Source: an archaeon
Lineage (GTDB): Archaea > EX4484-52 > B79-G9
NCBI GenBank assembly: GCA_043813875.1
Contig: JBDRKP010000043.1
Coordinates: forward strand, 1 to 14,909
Length of the DNA stretch: 14,909 bases
Direction of reading: 5' to 3'
The position numbers were made by a program, and so were the translations under genes. Shown here in pieces: positions 7,116-14,909 of this stretch; position 1 is the first letter of the stretch, and each line of letters starts with the position of its first letter. Below the pieces are notes generated by a model that did not search any database, had not been told where the DNA came from, and saw only the letters and a list, made by a program, of their open reading frames with translations.

Positions 7116-9314
7116 ATGGCAAAAGGAACAAGAACAGAACGTATCAAAGAAATAATCAAAGACATGAAGACAATAAGAAACATAGCCATAGCAGCTCACA
7201 TAGACCACGGGAAAACCACACTCACAGACAACCTTCTTGCAGGCGCAGGCATGCTCTCAGAAAGTCTCGCAGGCACAGCCGTAAGGATGGACTCCGACAA
7301 GCAGGAACAGGAACGCGGCATAACAATCTACTCAGGAAACGTATCAATGGTATATGATATCAACGACAAAGACTACCTCGTCAACCTCATCGACACCCCT
7401 GGCCACGTAGACTTCGGCGGCGACGTGACCCGCGCGATGAGAGCCGTAGACGGCGTGATAGTCGTAGTATGCGCAGTAGAAGGCGCAATGCCCCAGACAG
7501 AGACAGTCTTAAGGCAGGCCCTGAAAGAACGTGTAAAGCCACTCCTATTCATAAACAAGGTAGACAGGCTGATAAAAGAACTCAAACTCACCCCCGAACA
7601 GATGGTAGAACGCTTCACAAAACACATCGCATCCGTAAACAACCTCATAAGAAAATACGCGCCACCAGAACTGAAAGAAGAATGGCTCGTAGACGTCCAG
7701 TCCGGCAAAGTCGCATTCGGCTCAGCATACAAGAACTGGGGCACATCAATCCCGTACATGAAAAAGACAGGAGTCACATTCAAAGAGATAATAGAGCTCA
7801 CAAACGCAGGACAGGAAAAAGAACTAGCAAAAAAAGCAAAAATCCATGAAGTCATACTCGATATGGTAATAAACCAGCTTCCAAACCCTGCCCAAGCCCA
7901 AAAATACAGGATCCCACGCATATGGACAGGAGACATCAGCACACCAGAAGGACAATCAATGATAAACGCAGACAAAAACGGCGAAGTGATAGGCGTAATC
8001 ACAAACATAAACAGCGACCCTAACGCAGGCATAATATCCACAATAAGGCTCTTCAGCGGAACATTGAAAGACGGCCAGACAATCCATCTGACAAACGCAG
8101 ACACAGACGCACGCGTCCAGATGGTATCTGTCTACGACGGCCCGAAAAGAGTACCGGTGAACGAAATGTGCGTAGGGAACATCATAGCCGTATCAGGTCT
8201 TGACATGGCATCATCAGGTGAGACAATAAGCACCGCCGGACACAAGATACCGCCATTCGAAGACATAAAACACATATTTGAGCCGGTAGTGACCAAATCA
8301 ATCGAGATAAAAAACATAAAAGACCTGTCAAAACTCATAGATATATTGAGGATGCGCTCAAAAGAAGACCCGACAATAAGAGTGAAAATCTCAGAAGAAA
8401 CAGGCGAGACACTAGTCTCGGGTCTTGGCGAACTCCACATAGAAGCAAAGATAGAACGCTACATCCATGACAAAGGCATCCCCATCATAGTCTCAAAACC
8501 GATAGTAATCTACAAAGAAAGCGTAACAAAAGAATCACAGGAATTCGAAGGGAAAACCCCGAACAGGCACAACAAATTCTACATCAAGGTCGGCCCATTG
8601 TCAGACGAAGTAAGAAGCGCACTGATATCAGGAAAAGTTCCTGAAGGAAAAATAAGAAAACAAGACCAATTGATTGTAACAAACGCACTCGCAGACGCAG
8701 GCTTCGACAGGGATGAAGCAAGAAAAGTAGTCGCAATCCTCAACGGAAACATGCTAGTGAACCTCACAAGAGGAGTAGTCCAGCTGAACGAAGTGATTGA
8801 ACTCATCATCCAGTCATTCAAGGAAGTCTGTAACGAAGGACCACTGGCATCAGAACCCGTATTCGGACTTAAAGTGATGCTGATGGATGCAAAACTCCAC
8901 GAAGACGCGATACACAGGGGTCCGGCACAGGTCCTCCCTGCAGTAAAAAGCGCCCTCAAAAACGCCATGATTGACGGAAAAGCATCAATATTCGAACCAA
9001 AACAGATACTCAGAATCGATAGCCCGCAAGAACACATGGGCAACGTCGTAAAAGAGGTCCAGAACAGGCGCGGGCAGATAATAAACATGGAAGAAGAACA
9101 GGGCATGAGCGTCATAACCGCAAAACTGCCGGTATCAGAGATGTTCGGCTTCGAGGGAGCTATAAAATCCGCAACTGGCGGCAGAGGATTCCAGTCACTG
9201 GTAGACATAACTTACGAAAGGCTGCCTCAGGAAATACAGGACCAGACAGTCCTAAGGATCAGGAAACGAAAAGGCATGAAAGAAGAATTGCCCCAGATAA
9301 AATTAGACCAATAA
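7116..9314 (+). CDS. fusA: Archaeal translation elongation factor 2 (aEF-2)
   Basis: AHIDHGKTT, EQERGITI, LIDTPGHVDF, NKVD, GLGELHIE and the diphthamide loop HEDAIHRGPAQV; 732 aa. Confidence 0.98.
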   Translation: MAKGTRTERIKEIIKDMKTIRNIAIAAHIDHGKTTLTDNLLAGAGMLSESLAGTAVRMDSDKQEQERGITIYSGNVSMVYDINDKDYLVNLIDTPGHVDFGGDVTRAMRAVDGVIVVVCAVEGAMPQTETVLRQALKERVKPLLFINKVDRLIKELKLTPEQMVERFTKHIASVNNLIRKYAPPELKEEWLVDVQSGKVAFGSAYKNWGTSIPYMKKTGVTFKEIIELTNAGQEKELAKKAKIHEVILDMVINQLPNPAQAQKYRIPRIWTGDISTPEGQSMINADKNGEVIGVITNINSDPNAGIISTIRLFSGTLKDGQTIHLTNADTDARVQMVSVYDGPKRVPVNEMCVGNIIAVSGLDMASSGETISTAGHKIPPFEDIKHIFEPVVTKSIEIKNIKDLSKLIDILRMRSKEDPTIRVKISEETGETLVSGLGELHIEAKIERYIHDKGIPIIVSKPIVIYKESVTKESQEFEGKTPNRHNKFYIKVGPLSDEVRSALISGKVPEGKIRKQDQLIVTNALADAGFDRDEARKVVAILNGNMLVNLTRGVVQLNEVIELIIQSFKEVCNEGPLASEPVFGLKVMLMDAKLHEDAIHRGPAQVLPAVKSALKNAMIDGKASIFEPKQILRIDSPQEHMGNVVKEVQNRRGQIINMEEEQGMSVITAKLPVSEMFGFEGAIKSATGGRGFQSLVDITYERLPQEIQDQTVLRIRKRKGMKEELPQIKLDQ

Positions 9315-9333
9315 ACACACACAACACCCAACA

Positions 9334-9348
9334 CATAACATTTATAAA
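9334..9348 (+). promoter_or_regulatory. Putative internal promoter for tuf-rps10
   Basis: CATAACA-TTTATAAA in the 211-nt fusA-tuf spacer; SD GAGGTG at 9513-9518. Confidence 0.5.
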
Positions 9349-9525
9349 CTTAACTATCAATAATGTGAAAGACTGAGAACAACAGAACTGATTCTCGTTC
9401 ACATAAAACTTTAAAAAAATTCGAAGTCAAATAATGTTTAATCAACAAAATCGCAACAAAAAAACAATAATAAACAATAATATTAGAAAAATACAACCTA
9501 AAATGATACTACGAGGTGTTTATAT

Positions 9526-10803
9526 ATGGCAGAAAAACCACACATGAATTTAGTGACAATCGGTCACGTAGACCAGGGAAAATCAACATTGATCGGCAGA
9601 ATGTTATGGGATACAGGAAACGTTCCAGAGCAACAGATGAAAAAAATCGAAGAGAAAGCAAAAGAGCTTAAAAAAGAATCATTCAAATTCGCGTTTTTAA
9701 TGGACACCGTAAAAGAAGAAAGAGAACGCGGTGTAACAATAGATGTCATGCACCAGAGATTCGACACAGCAAAATACTACTTCACAATCATTGACGCACC
9801 GGGTCACAGGGACTTCGTAAAGAACATGATTACGGGCGCATCGCAGGCTGATGCAGCAATCCTTGTGCTGGGCGCAAAAGACGGCGTCATGCCACAGACA
9901 AAAGAGCACGTGTTCCTGATAAGGACACTCGGCGTAAAAGGCCTTATTGTAGCGATCAACAAGATGGACGAAGTAAACTTCGACGAAGCAGCATACACCA
10001 AAGCAAAAGATGACATAATCAAGCTATTGAAGACAGTCGGTTTCAAGACAGACACAATCCCCTACATCCCGGTATCCGCATGGACCGGCGAAAACGTCGC
10101 AAAGAAACCAGAAAAGATGTCATGGTACAAGGGAAAGACACTATTGGAAACACTTGACGACCTTACAGTCCCGGAAAAACCAACCGGAAAACCACTAAGA
10201 ATACCAATACAGGATGTCTACACAATCACAGGCGTCGGAACAGTACCAGTAGGCCGTGTAGAGACCGGAGAAATCAAATCCGGCGACAAACTGATATTCA
10301 TGCCATCCGGAAAGACCGGTGAAGCAAAGAAAATCGAAATGCATCACGAAGAGATACCTAAAGGTACAGCAGGCGACAACATAGGATTCAACGTAAGGGG
10401 CCTGAACAAAGGAGACATCGCCCGTGGTGAAGTCGCAGGCCACATAAGCAACCCGCCAACAGTAGTGGATTCAAGCGGCGAATTCACAGCACAGATAATT
10501 GTATTACAGCATCCAAGTGTGATAACAAAAGGATATACACCAGTATTCCACATCCACACATCACACGTTGCATGTCAAATAACAGATATCTTAAAAAAGA
10601 TAGATCCGGCAACAGGCGCAACAAAAGAAGAGCATCCAGACTTCATCAAGCCAGGGGATGCAGCTATAATCAAATGTAAACCAACCAAACCGATGGTTAT
10701 AGAAAAACAATCCGAGTTCCCTCAGCTTGCAAAATTCGCAATAAGAGACATGGGACAAACGATTGCAGCAGGCATGTGCATTGATCTTGTAGCAAAAAAA
10801 TAA
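9526..10803 (+). CDS. tuf: Archaeal translation elongation factor 1-alpha
   Basis: [53 protein letters not shown] and FAIRDMGQT motifs; 425 aa. Confidence 0.98.
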   Translation: MAEKPHMNLVTIGHVDQGKSTLIGRMLWDTGNVPEQQMKKIEEKAKELKKESFKFAFLMDTVKEERERGVTIDVMHQRFDTAKYYFTIIDAPGHRDFVKNMITGASQADAAILVLGAKDGVMPQTKEHVFLIRTLGVKGLIVAINKMDEVNFDEAAYTKAKDDIIKLLKTVGFKTDTIPYIPVSAWTGENVAKKPEKMSWYKGKTLLETLDDLTVPEKPTGKPLRIPIQDVYTITGVGTVPVGRVETGEIKSGDKLIFMPSGKTGEAKKIEMHHEEIPKGTAGDNIGFNVRGLNKGDIARGEVAGHISNPPTVVDSSGEFTAQIIVLQHPSVITKGYTPVFHIHTSHVACQITDILKKIDPATGATKEEHPDFIKPGDAAIIKCKPTKPMVIEKQSEFPQLAKFAIRDMGQTIAAGMCIDLVAKK

Positions 10804-10870
10804 ATTAAGATACAATATTATTTGACATGCTTTATGAAAGACTAAAGTATGATACCACAGGTGAAATAAA

Positions 10871-11179
10871 TTGCAGACAGCACGAGTAAAAATAACTAGC
10901 ACAAACTATCAGGAACTGGAAGTTCTGGCAAAACAGATAAAAGAGATTGCCTTGAAATTCGGAGCAAACGTAGCAGGTCCCATACCACTCCCCACAAAAA
11001 AGATGAAGATAACCACAAGGAAAGCTCCATCTGGCGACGGTACAGAAACCTTCGAGAAATGGGAGATGCGCGTCCACAAGCGTGTAATCGACATAGGCAT
11101 GAACGAACGCGCCCTCAGGCACATAATGCGAATCGAAGTCCCTGACTCAATCAACATTGAGATTGAGCTGCGCGAATAA
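10871..11179 (+). CDS. rps10: 30S ribosomal protein S10 (uS10), TTG start
   Basis: GPIPLPTK, TTRKAPSGDGTETFEKWEMRVHKRVIDI; SD AGGTGA at 10859-10864; conserved position after tuf. Confidence 0.97.
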   Translation: MQTARVKITSTNYQELEVLAKQIKEIALKFGANVAGPIPLPTKKMKITTRKAPSGDGTETFEKWEMRVHKRVIDIGMNERALRHIMRIEVPDSINIEIELRE

Positions 11180-11192
11180 TTTATTTCACCGG

Positions 11193-11233
11193 TTTTGACT
11201 TTTTCTTCTTTCATTTATCTCATATTTTTTCTT
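11193..11233 (+). terminator. Oligo-T archaeal terminator region after rps10
   Basis: TTTTGACTTTTTCTTCTTTCATTT...TTTTTT, conspicuous on an otherwise T-poor strand. Confidence 0.6.
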
Positions 11234-11261
11234 ACATCAAATCAATACAATCAGAAACCGG

Positions 11262-11276
11262 CATAACCTTTAAAAA
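11262..11276 (+). promoter_or_regulatory. Putative tRNA promoter
   Basis: CATAACC-TTTAAAAA about 50 nt upstream of the mature tRNA 5' end; same layout as the tuf promoter. Confidence 0.45.
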
Positions 11277-11325
11277 ATTCTTACCCCAACAACACAAAGC
11301 GATTTACTTTTATAGCCAAAACAGT

Positions 11326-11409
11326 GTCGAGGTCGCCTAGCTCGGTATGGCGCAAGCCTGGAAAGCTTGTGTTCGCAAGAACTCGAGAGTTCAAATCTCT
11401 CCCTCGACG
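11326..11409 (+). tRNA. tRNA-Ser (anticodon GGA), intronless, CCA not encoded
   Basis: Acceptor GTCGAGG/CCTCGAC with discriminator G; anticodon arm CAAGC-CTGGAAA-GCTTG; long variable arm GTTC-GCAA-GAAC; T arm GAGAG-TTCAAAT-CTCTC. Usual archaeal position after rps10. Confidence 0.97.
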
Positions 11410-11431
11410 CTCATAAATCACAAAAATACTA

Positions 11432-11558
11432 ATAGGTGACCTAAACGCAAGTTTAGGTCGCCCTGATAATCAACCTTTCTGAAGGTTGATGGCCAACCTT
11501 TCAGAAGGTTGTGATCAAGCTTTCTGAAGGCTGAAACATTTCAGAAGATTGCCCTGAT
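11432..11558. repeat. Palindromic (REP/BIME-like) repeat array: hairpin A plus four hairpin-B units
   Basis: A = GGTGACCTAAAC-GCAA-GTTTAGGTCGCC (11435-11462). B consensus CAACCTT-TCWG-AAGGTTG at 11471, 11494, 11516 (degenerate) and 11534 (degenerate). Confidence 0.85.
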
Positions 11559-11603
11559 TCTAAAAGCGCACATATTTGAAATTTAAAATCCAACAAACAA
11601 CAC

Positions 11604-12143
11604 ATGGACAAAAACAACATAGTCCGCCGTCAAAAAATCATCGCGGTAATCGGCCACGCCTCCCATGCAGAAAAGAGGCACATAGATACAGCGTACGAAG
11701 TAGGAAAAGAGATAGCAAAACAAGGGGCAATCCTCATAACCGGCGGCAACAGCGTTGGCGTCCCAAACGCCGCAGCCAGAGGCGCTAAATGCGCCGGCGG
11801 CATCTCAATCGGAATAACACCATCATCAGACGGACACGACACAAGCCAATACCTCACGATACCCATCCACACCGGCATGGGCTTCGCAAGAAACCAGATA
11901 CTGGGCCTCACAGCAGACGCCCTCATCGCAATCGGAGGTGGAGTTGGAACATTCTGCGAAATGGCATATTCATACGTATACAAAAAACCCATAATCGTAA
12001 TAACCAACCAGGGCGGCCTCCCTGAACAATATGCAGGAAAATACCTCGACGAGAAAAAAACAGCTATGATACACGAAGCAAAAACCCCAAAAAAAGCAGT
12101 AGAACTGGCAATCAAACTCACAGAAAACCCAAAAATATCCTAG
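11604..12143 (+). CDS. TIGR00725/LOG (SLOG superfamily) Rossmann-fold nucleotide-binding protein
   Basis: IAVIG, AYEVGKEIA, LITGG..GV..AAARGA..AGG.SIGITP, TGMGFARN and IGGGVGT..E motifs. Confidence 0.9.
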   Translation: MDKNNIVRRQKIIAVIGHASHAEKRHIDTAYEVGKEIAKQGAILITGGNSVGVPNAAARGAKCAGGISIGITPSSDGHDTSQYLTIPIHTGMGFARNQILGLTADALIAIGGGVGTFCEMAYSYVYKKPIIVITNQGGLPEQYAGKYLDEKKTAMIHEAKTPKKAVELAIKLTENPKIS

Positions 12144-12161
12144 GGACATAACTGAGATCTC

Positions 12162-12575
12162 ATGATGGAAATAAAACCAATCAAAGAAGAAGACACAAAA
12201 AAATTCAGGCAATCCTGGGAAGAATCTGACAAAGAAAAAAGCATATCACCAGAAATAAAACGGCTCTACTTAGGCGCCTTCATAGGCAATGAACTTGTCG
12301 GCTACATGAAGATAAAATTCCGTGGCGGAGTCGGCAACCTATCCTCACTAATCGTCCAGAAAAACATGCGTAAAAAAGGCATAGGAAGAACGCTCCTGAA
12401 CCACTTTGAAAACATCTCAAAAGAGCACTCATGCCACAAACTGACCCTCAGAACCTCAGAAAATCATCACACCGCCCTATCATTATACAAAAACAGCGGC
12501 TATGTAATAGAAGCAACCTTCAAAAACGACAAAGACCATATAACATGGTACCAGCTATGTAAACATACAATATAA
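12162..12575 (+). CDS. GNAT family N-acetyltransferase
   Basis: LIVQKNMRKKGIGRTLL motif A; N..ALSLYKNSGY motif B. Confidence 0.88.
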   Translation: MMEIKPIKEEDTKKFRQSWEESDKEKSISPEIKRLYLGAFIGNELVGYMKIKFRGGVGNLSSLIVQKNMRKKGIGRTLLNHFENISKEHSCHKLTLRTSENHHTALSLYKNSGYVIEATFKNDKDHITWYQLCKHTI

Positions 12576-12586
12576 ACCGACAAGAG

Positions 12587-13027
12587 ATGAACAAAATGGA
12601 AAAATACAGATACCTGGAACACACAGCAGACGCAAAATTCGAATCATACGGGAAAACACTAGAAGAAGCCTTCGAAAACGCAACACTGGCCATGGCAAAC
12701 ATAACAGCAGATACCTCAACAATAGAGCCAAAAATAAAAAAAGAACTCTCAATCAAATCAGAAAATCTCGGCTCCCTCCTATACGACTGGCTTGAAAGAC
12801 TCATAACCCTGACCGAATTGGAGGGATACCTGATAAACAATATCAAAATCAAAAAAATAAAGAAAAAAGATGACTACTACATCCTCGCAGCAACAACACA
12901 AGGCGACACATATCGCCAGAAATACGAACTTAAGACAGAAGTAAAGGCAATAACCTACAACGACATGTTGATCAAGCAGGACAAAAATACAGGAATATGG
13001 AAAATAACAGCAGTAGTAGACATATAA
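12587..13027 (+). CDS. Archease (RtcB tRNA-ligase cofactor family)
   Basis: YRYLEHTAD, GKTLEEAFENA, LLYDWLERL, EVKAITY and C-terminal VVDI motifs. ATG 12596 is an alternative start. Confidence 0.93.
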   Translation: MNKMEKYRYLEHTADAKFESYGKTLEEAFENATLAMANITADTSTIEPKIKKELSIKSENLGSLLYDWLERLITLTELEGYLINNIKIKKIKKKDDYYILAATTQGDTYRQKYELKTEVKAITYNDMLIKQDKNTGIWKITAVVDI

Positions 13028-13180
13028 TATCAAATAGAACAAAAAAACAGTGTGCTTGAACAAAGCGGATAAGTGACCTAAAGCTTCGCTTTAGGTCGCT
13101 CTGATGATCAACCTTTCTGAAGGTTGAAATACAGGAATATGGAAAATAACAGCAGTAGTTGATATATGATATCAAACAGA
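12985..13180 (+). repeat. 54-bp direct repeat of the archease 3' end (12985-13038 and 13127-13180)
   Basis: First 33 bp identical; 4 mismatches in 54 bp; offset 142 bp. Confidence 0.9.
13069..13127. repeat. Second copy of the hairpin A + hairpin B element
   Basis: ATAAGTGACCTAAAGC-TTC-GCTTTAGGTCGCT-CTGATGATCAACCTTTCTGAAGGTTGA aligns with 11432-11489. A left half-site ATAAGTGACCTAAA recurs at 13196-13209. Confidence 0.88.
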
Positions 13181-13245
13181 GAAAAACAAACAAAAATAAG
13201 TGACCTAAAAGAGATAACACATCACGAAAAATATAGTGGAAAACA

Positions 13246-13683
13246 ATGAGACACGAAATACTCATAGCAATCATACTTATAATCACGATATCCATAAGCG
13301 GCTGCACACAAAGTATCTCACCCGCCGACAAACCCGAAATCACACAGACAGATTCAATCCAGCCAACCGAAAAAAAAGAAATAGAAAACACAGAACCCAC
13401 AGACGACACACAAGAATCCCAGCCAGAAGACAAAAAAGAAATCGCAAAACAAGAATGCATCAACCTATGCCAGCAAGAACTCATAAAAGGAACCGATCTA
13501 AAAAGCGGCCCTTGCCTCTCGGACCCTGACGTGATAGCAGACGACTGGGTATGCGACGTAGCCCACGACCCAAGACAACCCATAGACAACCAGCAGGAAA
13601 ACCAGTGCAAAGCATTCAGAGACGGTAAAGCCCAACACTTCATCGAACTAGACGAGACATGCAGGATCATAAAAGAACACTAA
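13246..13683 (+). CDS. Putative lipoprotein with acidic linker and six-Cys C-terminal domain
   Basis: Signal MRHEILIAIILIITISISG-C (lipobox-like); E/T/Q/P-rich linker; CINLC, GPCLS, DWVCDVAHDPR, ENQC, HFIELDETC. Confidence 0.85.
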   Translation: MRHEILIAIILIITISISGCTQSISPADKPEITQTDSIQPTEKKEIENTEPTDDTQESQPEDKKEIAKQECINLCQQELIKGTDLKSGPCLSDPDVIADDWVCDVAHDPRQPIDNQQENQCKAFRDGKAQHFIELDETCRIIKEH

Positions 13684-13694
13684 TCATCCGCGAC

Positions 13695-14909
13695 TCAAAC
13701 GCTATCATAATCAGAATACATCATCTTACCCAGGCAATCCGCGCAAAAAATATACTTATCCCTGACTTGCTCCAAAAACTTTCTATTCACAAGCGACTCC
13801 CCCATAACCTGATCATAAAGATTCTTTATAGAGACCAACGACGATTTCAGTCCCTCGGCGCTGATATCATTCTTGACCACAGACACATACGTCTTATTCG
13901 TAATGGCATATAATTCAAGCACCCTCATAACATTACTGACATCTTCACGCAAGCTCAGGCTCTCCTTCAGCTTAGGATTCACATCAAGCGACACATACAA
14001 CTTCAGCATCAAAGGGAAAAATCTAAAAGAAACATTCACGCCCCCCACCTTATCAAGCAGAAACATAAACCTCAACAAGCCATCCAAAAGCAAGTATGAC
14101 ACATAGCCCCTTACATAAACATACATTGCCAAAAATCCAAGCAATACAAACATAAAAACAACAGCATACTGGCCCATCATACCGTCGTCTTTATCCACCC
14201 CGGATACATTCTCATTAAAATCCGACCCAACTTCATCTACGGCATCCACATAGAACACAACATTCGAGCTATTAGTATTACCAAAAACATCAGCGCACTC
14301 AACCACAATCAAATGCCATCCATTAGACACGTTGATCCTGGCTGATTTTTCAGACAGCAGATAATCATCCATCTCCACATGGCCCTCACCATCAATACCA
14401 TACCAGCAATACACACCACTATCATCATAATAACGGACAACCAGCTCAAAAACATTAGAACCGACATCAGAATTATTAAGCGGATAGACAATATCCACCA
14501 GCGGCGCCAAAACATCCTCGTCCTCCGCAAACCCCACCGCAAAAACCAACGGCCTCTCCACATCATCCAAAAGATTGTAGGTAAAACTCCTATTCACAGT
14601 ATAATTGACAGTTATGACCTCGCCTTCAGTTGCATTCTCAAACACGAACATGTAGGACGGATCATCCTCGACCACATAAATATTACCATCCTTCGAAAGC
14701 CCGACATCTATATCTTTGGCGCTCCCGGCAAAAGTTTTCGGTAACGTATCATACACAAAAAAATCAACAGACGTATTAGAACACAGATACAAAATAGAAA
14801 GGCTTATCTTGGAAACCTTATAGATTGAGCTATTAGATTCAAAAGTCCTCGAGACATTATAGCACCCCGAGATATCATAAGAAGTCTGGCTGATCTCAGT
14901 GAAATTATC
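13695..14909 (-). CDS. Membrane-anchored surface glycoprotein, 5'-truncated by the window edge
   Basis: The frame stays open from 14909 (DNFTEISQTSYDISGCYNVSRTF...) into the track ORF. Many N-x-S/T sequons; Ig-like segment (D..AP.V.IVYP.N...NGWHLIVVECADVFGN); one TM helix and a cytoplasmic tail. Confidence 0.85.
   Translation of the reverse strand, partial: DNFTEISQTSYDISGCYNVSRTFESNSSIYKVSKISLSILYLCSNTSVDFFVYDTLPKTFAGSAKDIDVGLSKDGNIYVVEDDPSYMFVFENATEGEVITVNYTVNRSFTYNLLDDVERPLVFAVGFAEDEDVLAPLVDIVYPLNNSDVGSNVFELVVRYYDDSGVYCWYGIDGEGHVEMDDYLLSEKSARINVSNGWHLIVVECADVFGNTNSSNVVFYVDAVDEVGSDFNENVSGVDKDDGMMGQYAVVFMFVLLGFLAMYVYVRGYVSYLLLDGLLRFMFLLDKVGGVNVSFRFFPLMLKLYVSLDVNPKLKESLSLREDVSNVMRVLELYAITNKTYVSVVKNDISAEGLKSSLVSIKNLYDQVMGESLVNRKFLEQVRDKYIFCADCLGKMMYSDYDSV

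Noticed and set aside
9562..9588. EF-1alpha P-loop GHVDQGKST instead of GHVDHGKST
   Set aside because: This position already varies (H/S/A) across the family; all other GTPase motifs are intact.
7373..10559. Long antisense and alternate-frame ORFs over fusA and tuf, and similar ones elsewhere (e.g. 4143..4763, 11630..12121, 12972..13670)
   Set aside because: Shadow ORFs expected from the strand skew, which depletes stop codons; no recognisable motifs.
10822..10853. Bacterial sigma70-like TTGACA...TATGAT before rps10
   Set aside because: Spacer is 20 nt and the context is archaeal.
11469..11551. Repeat array as a CRISPR array
   Set aside because: Units are separated by 0-5 nt, there are no unique 30-40 nt spacers, and no cas genes are present.
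11318..13053. AAAACAGTGT at both 11318 and 13044 as att sites of a tRNA-integrated island
   Set aside because: Only 10 bp, mostly A-run, and at the tRNA 5' side; no duplicated tRNA 3' end and no integrase.
11432..13127. Hairpin elements as integron attC sites
   Set aside because: No RYYYAAC...GTTRRRY ends enclosing one long bulged stem, they do not separate single genes, and there is no integrase in the window.
12985..13180. Direct repeat as a DGR template/variable repeat pair
   Set aside because: Mismatches are not adenine-specific, are silent, and no reverse transcriptase is present.

Overview
Archaeal chromosomal window, judged from archaeal-type EF-2, EF-1alpha, uS10 and archease plus BRE/TATA promoters; a DPANN-like lineage is my impression, not established. 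Left to right: a membrane protein with a C-terminal double zinc ribbon; an EamA/DMT exporter divergent from a putative cysteine-synthesis operon; a GNAT; an HTH-ACT protein; a macrodomain protein; a small membrane protein; the fusA-tuf-rps10-tRNA-Ser(GGA) cluster without rps12/rps7; a palindromic repeat array; a TIGR00725/LOG-family gene, a GNAT and archease; a second palindromic element followed by a silent-site-diverged duplicate of the archease 3' end; a Cys-rich lipoprotein; and a 5'-truncated surface glycoprotein. The best candidate for an undescribed system is the sulfur locus at about 1440-4758. It combines a CysM-type synthase, a single-domain 'mini-SerK' serine kinase homologue, a MOSC sulfur-carrier candidate and three SD-led Cys-containing micro-ORFs absent from the ORF track. 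The second candidate is a structured two-hairpin repeat family (11432-11558, 13069-13127) with compensatory changes. The whole + strand is strongly A/C-rich regardless of gene orientation.
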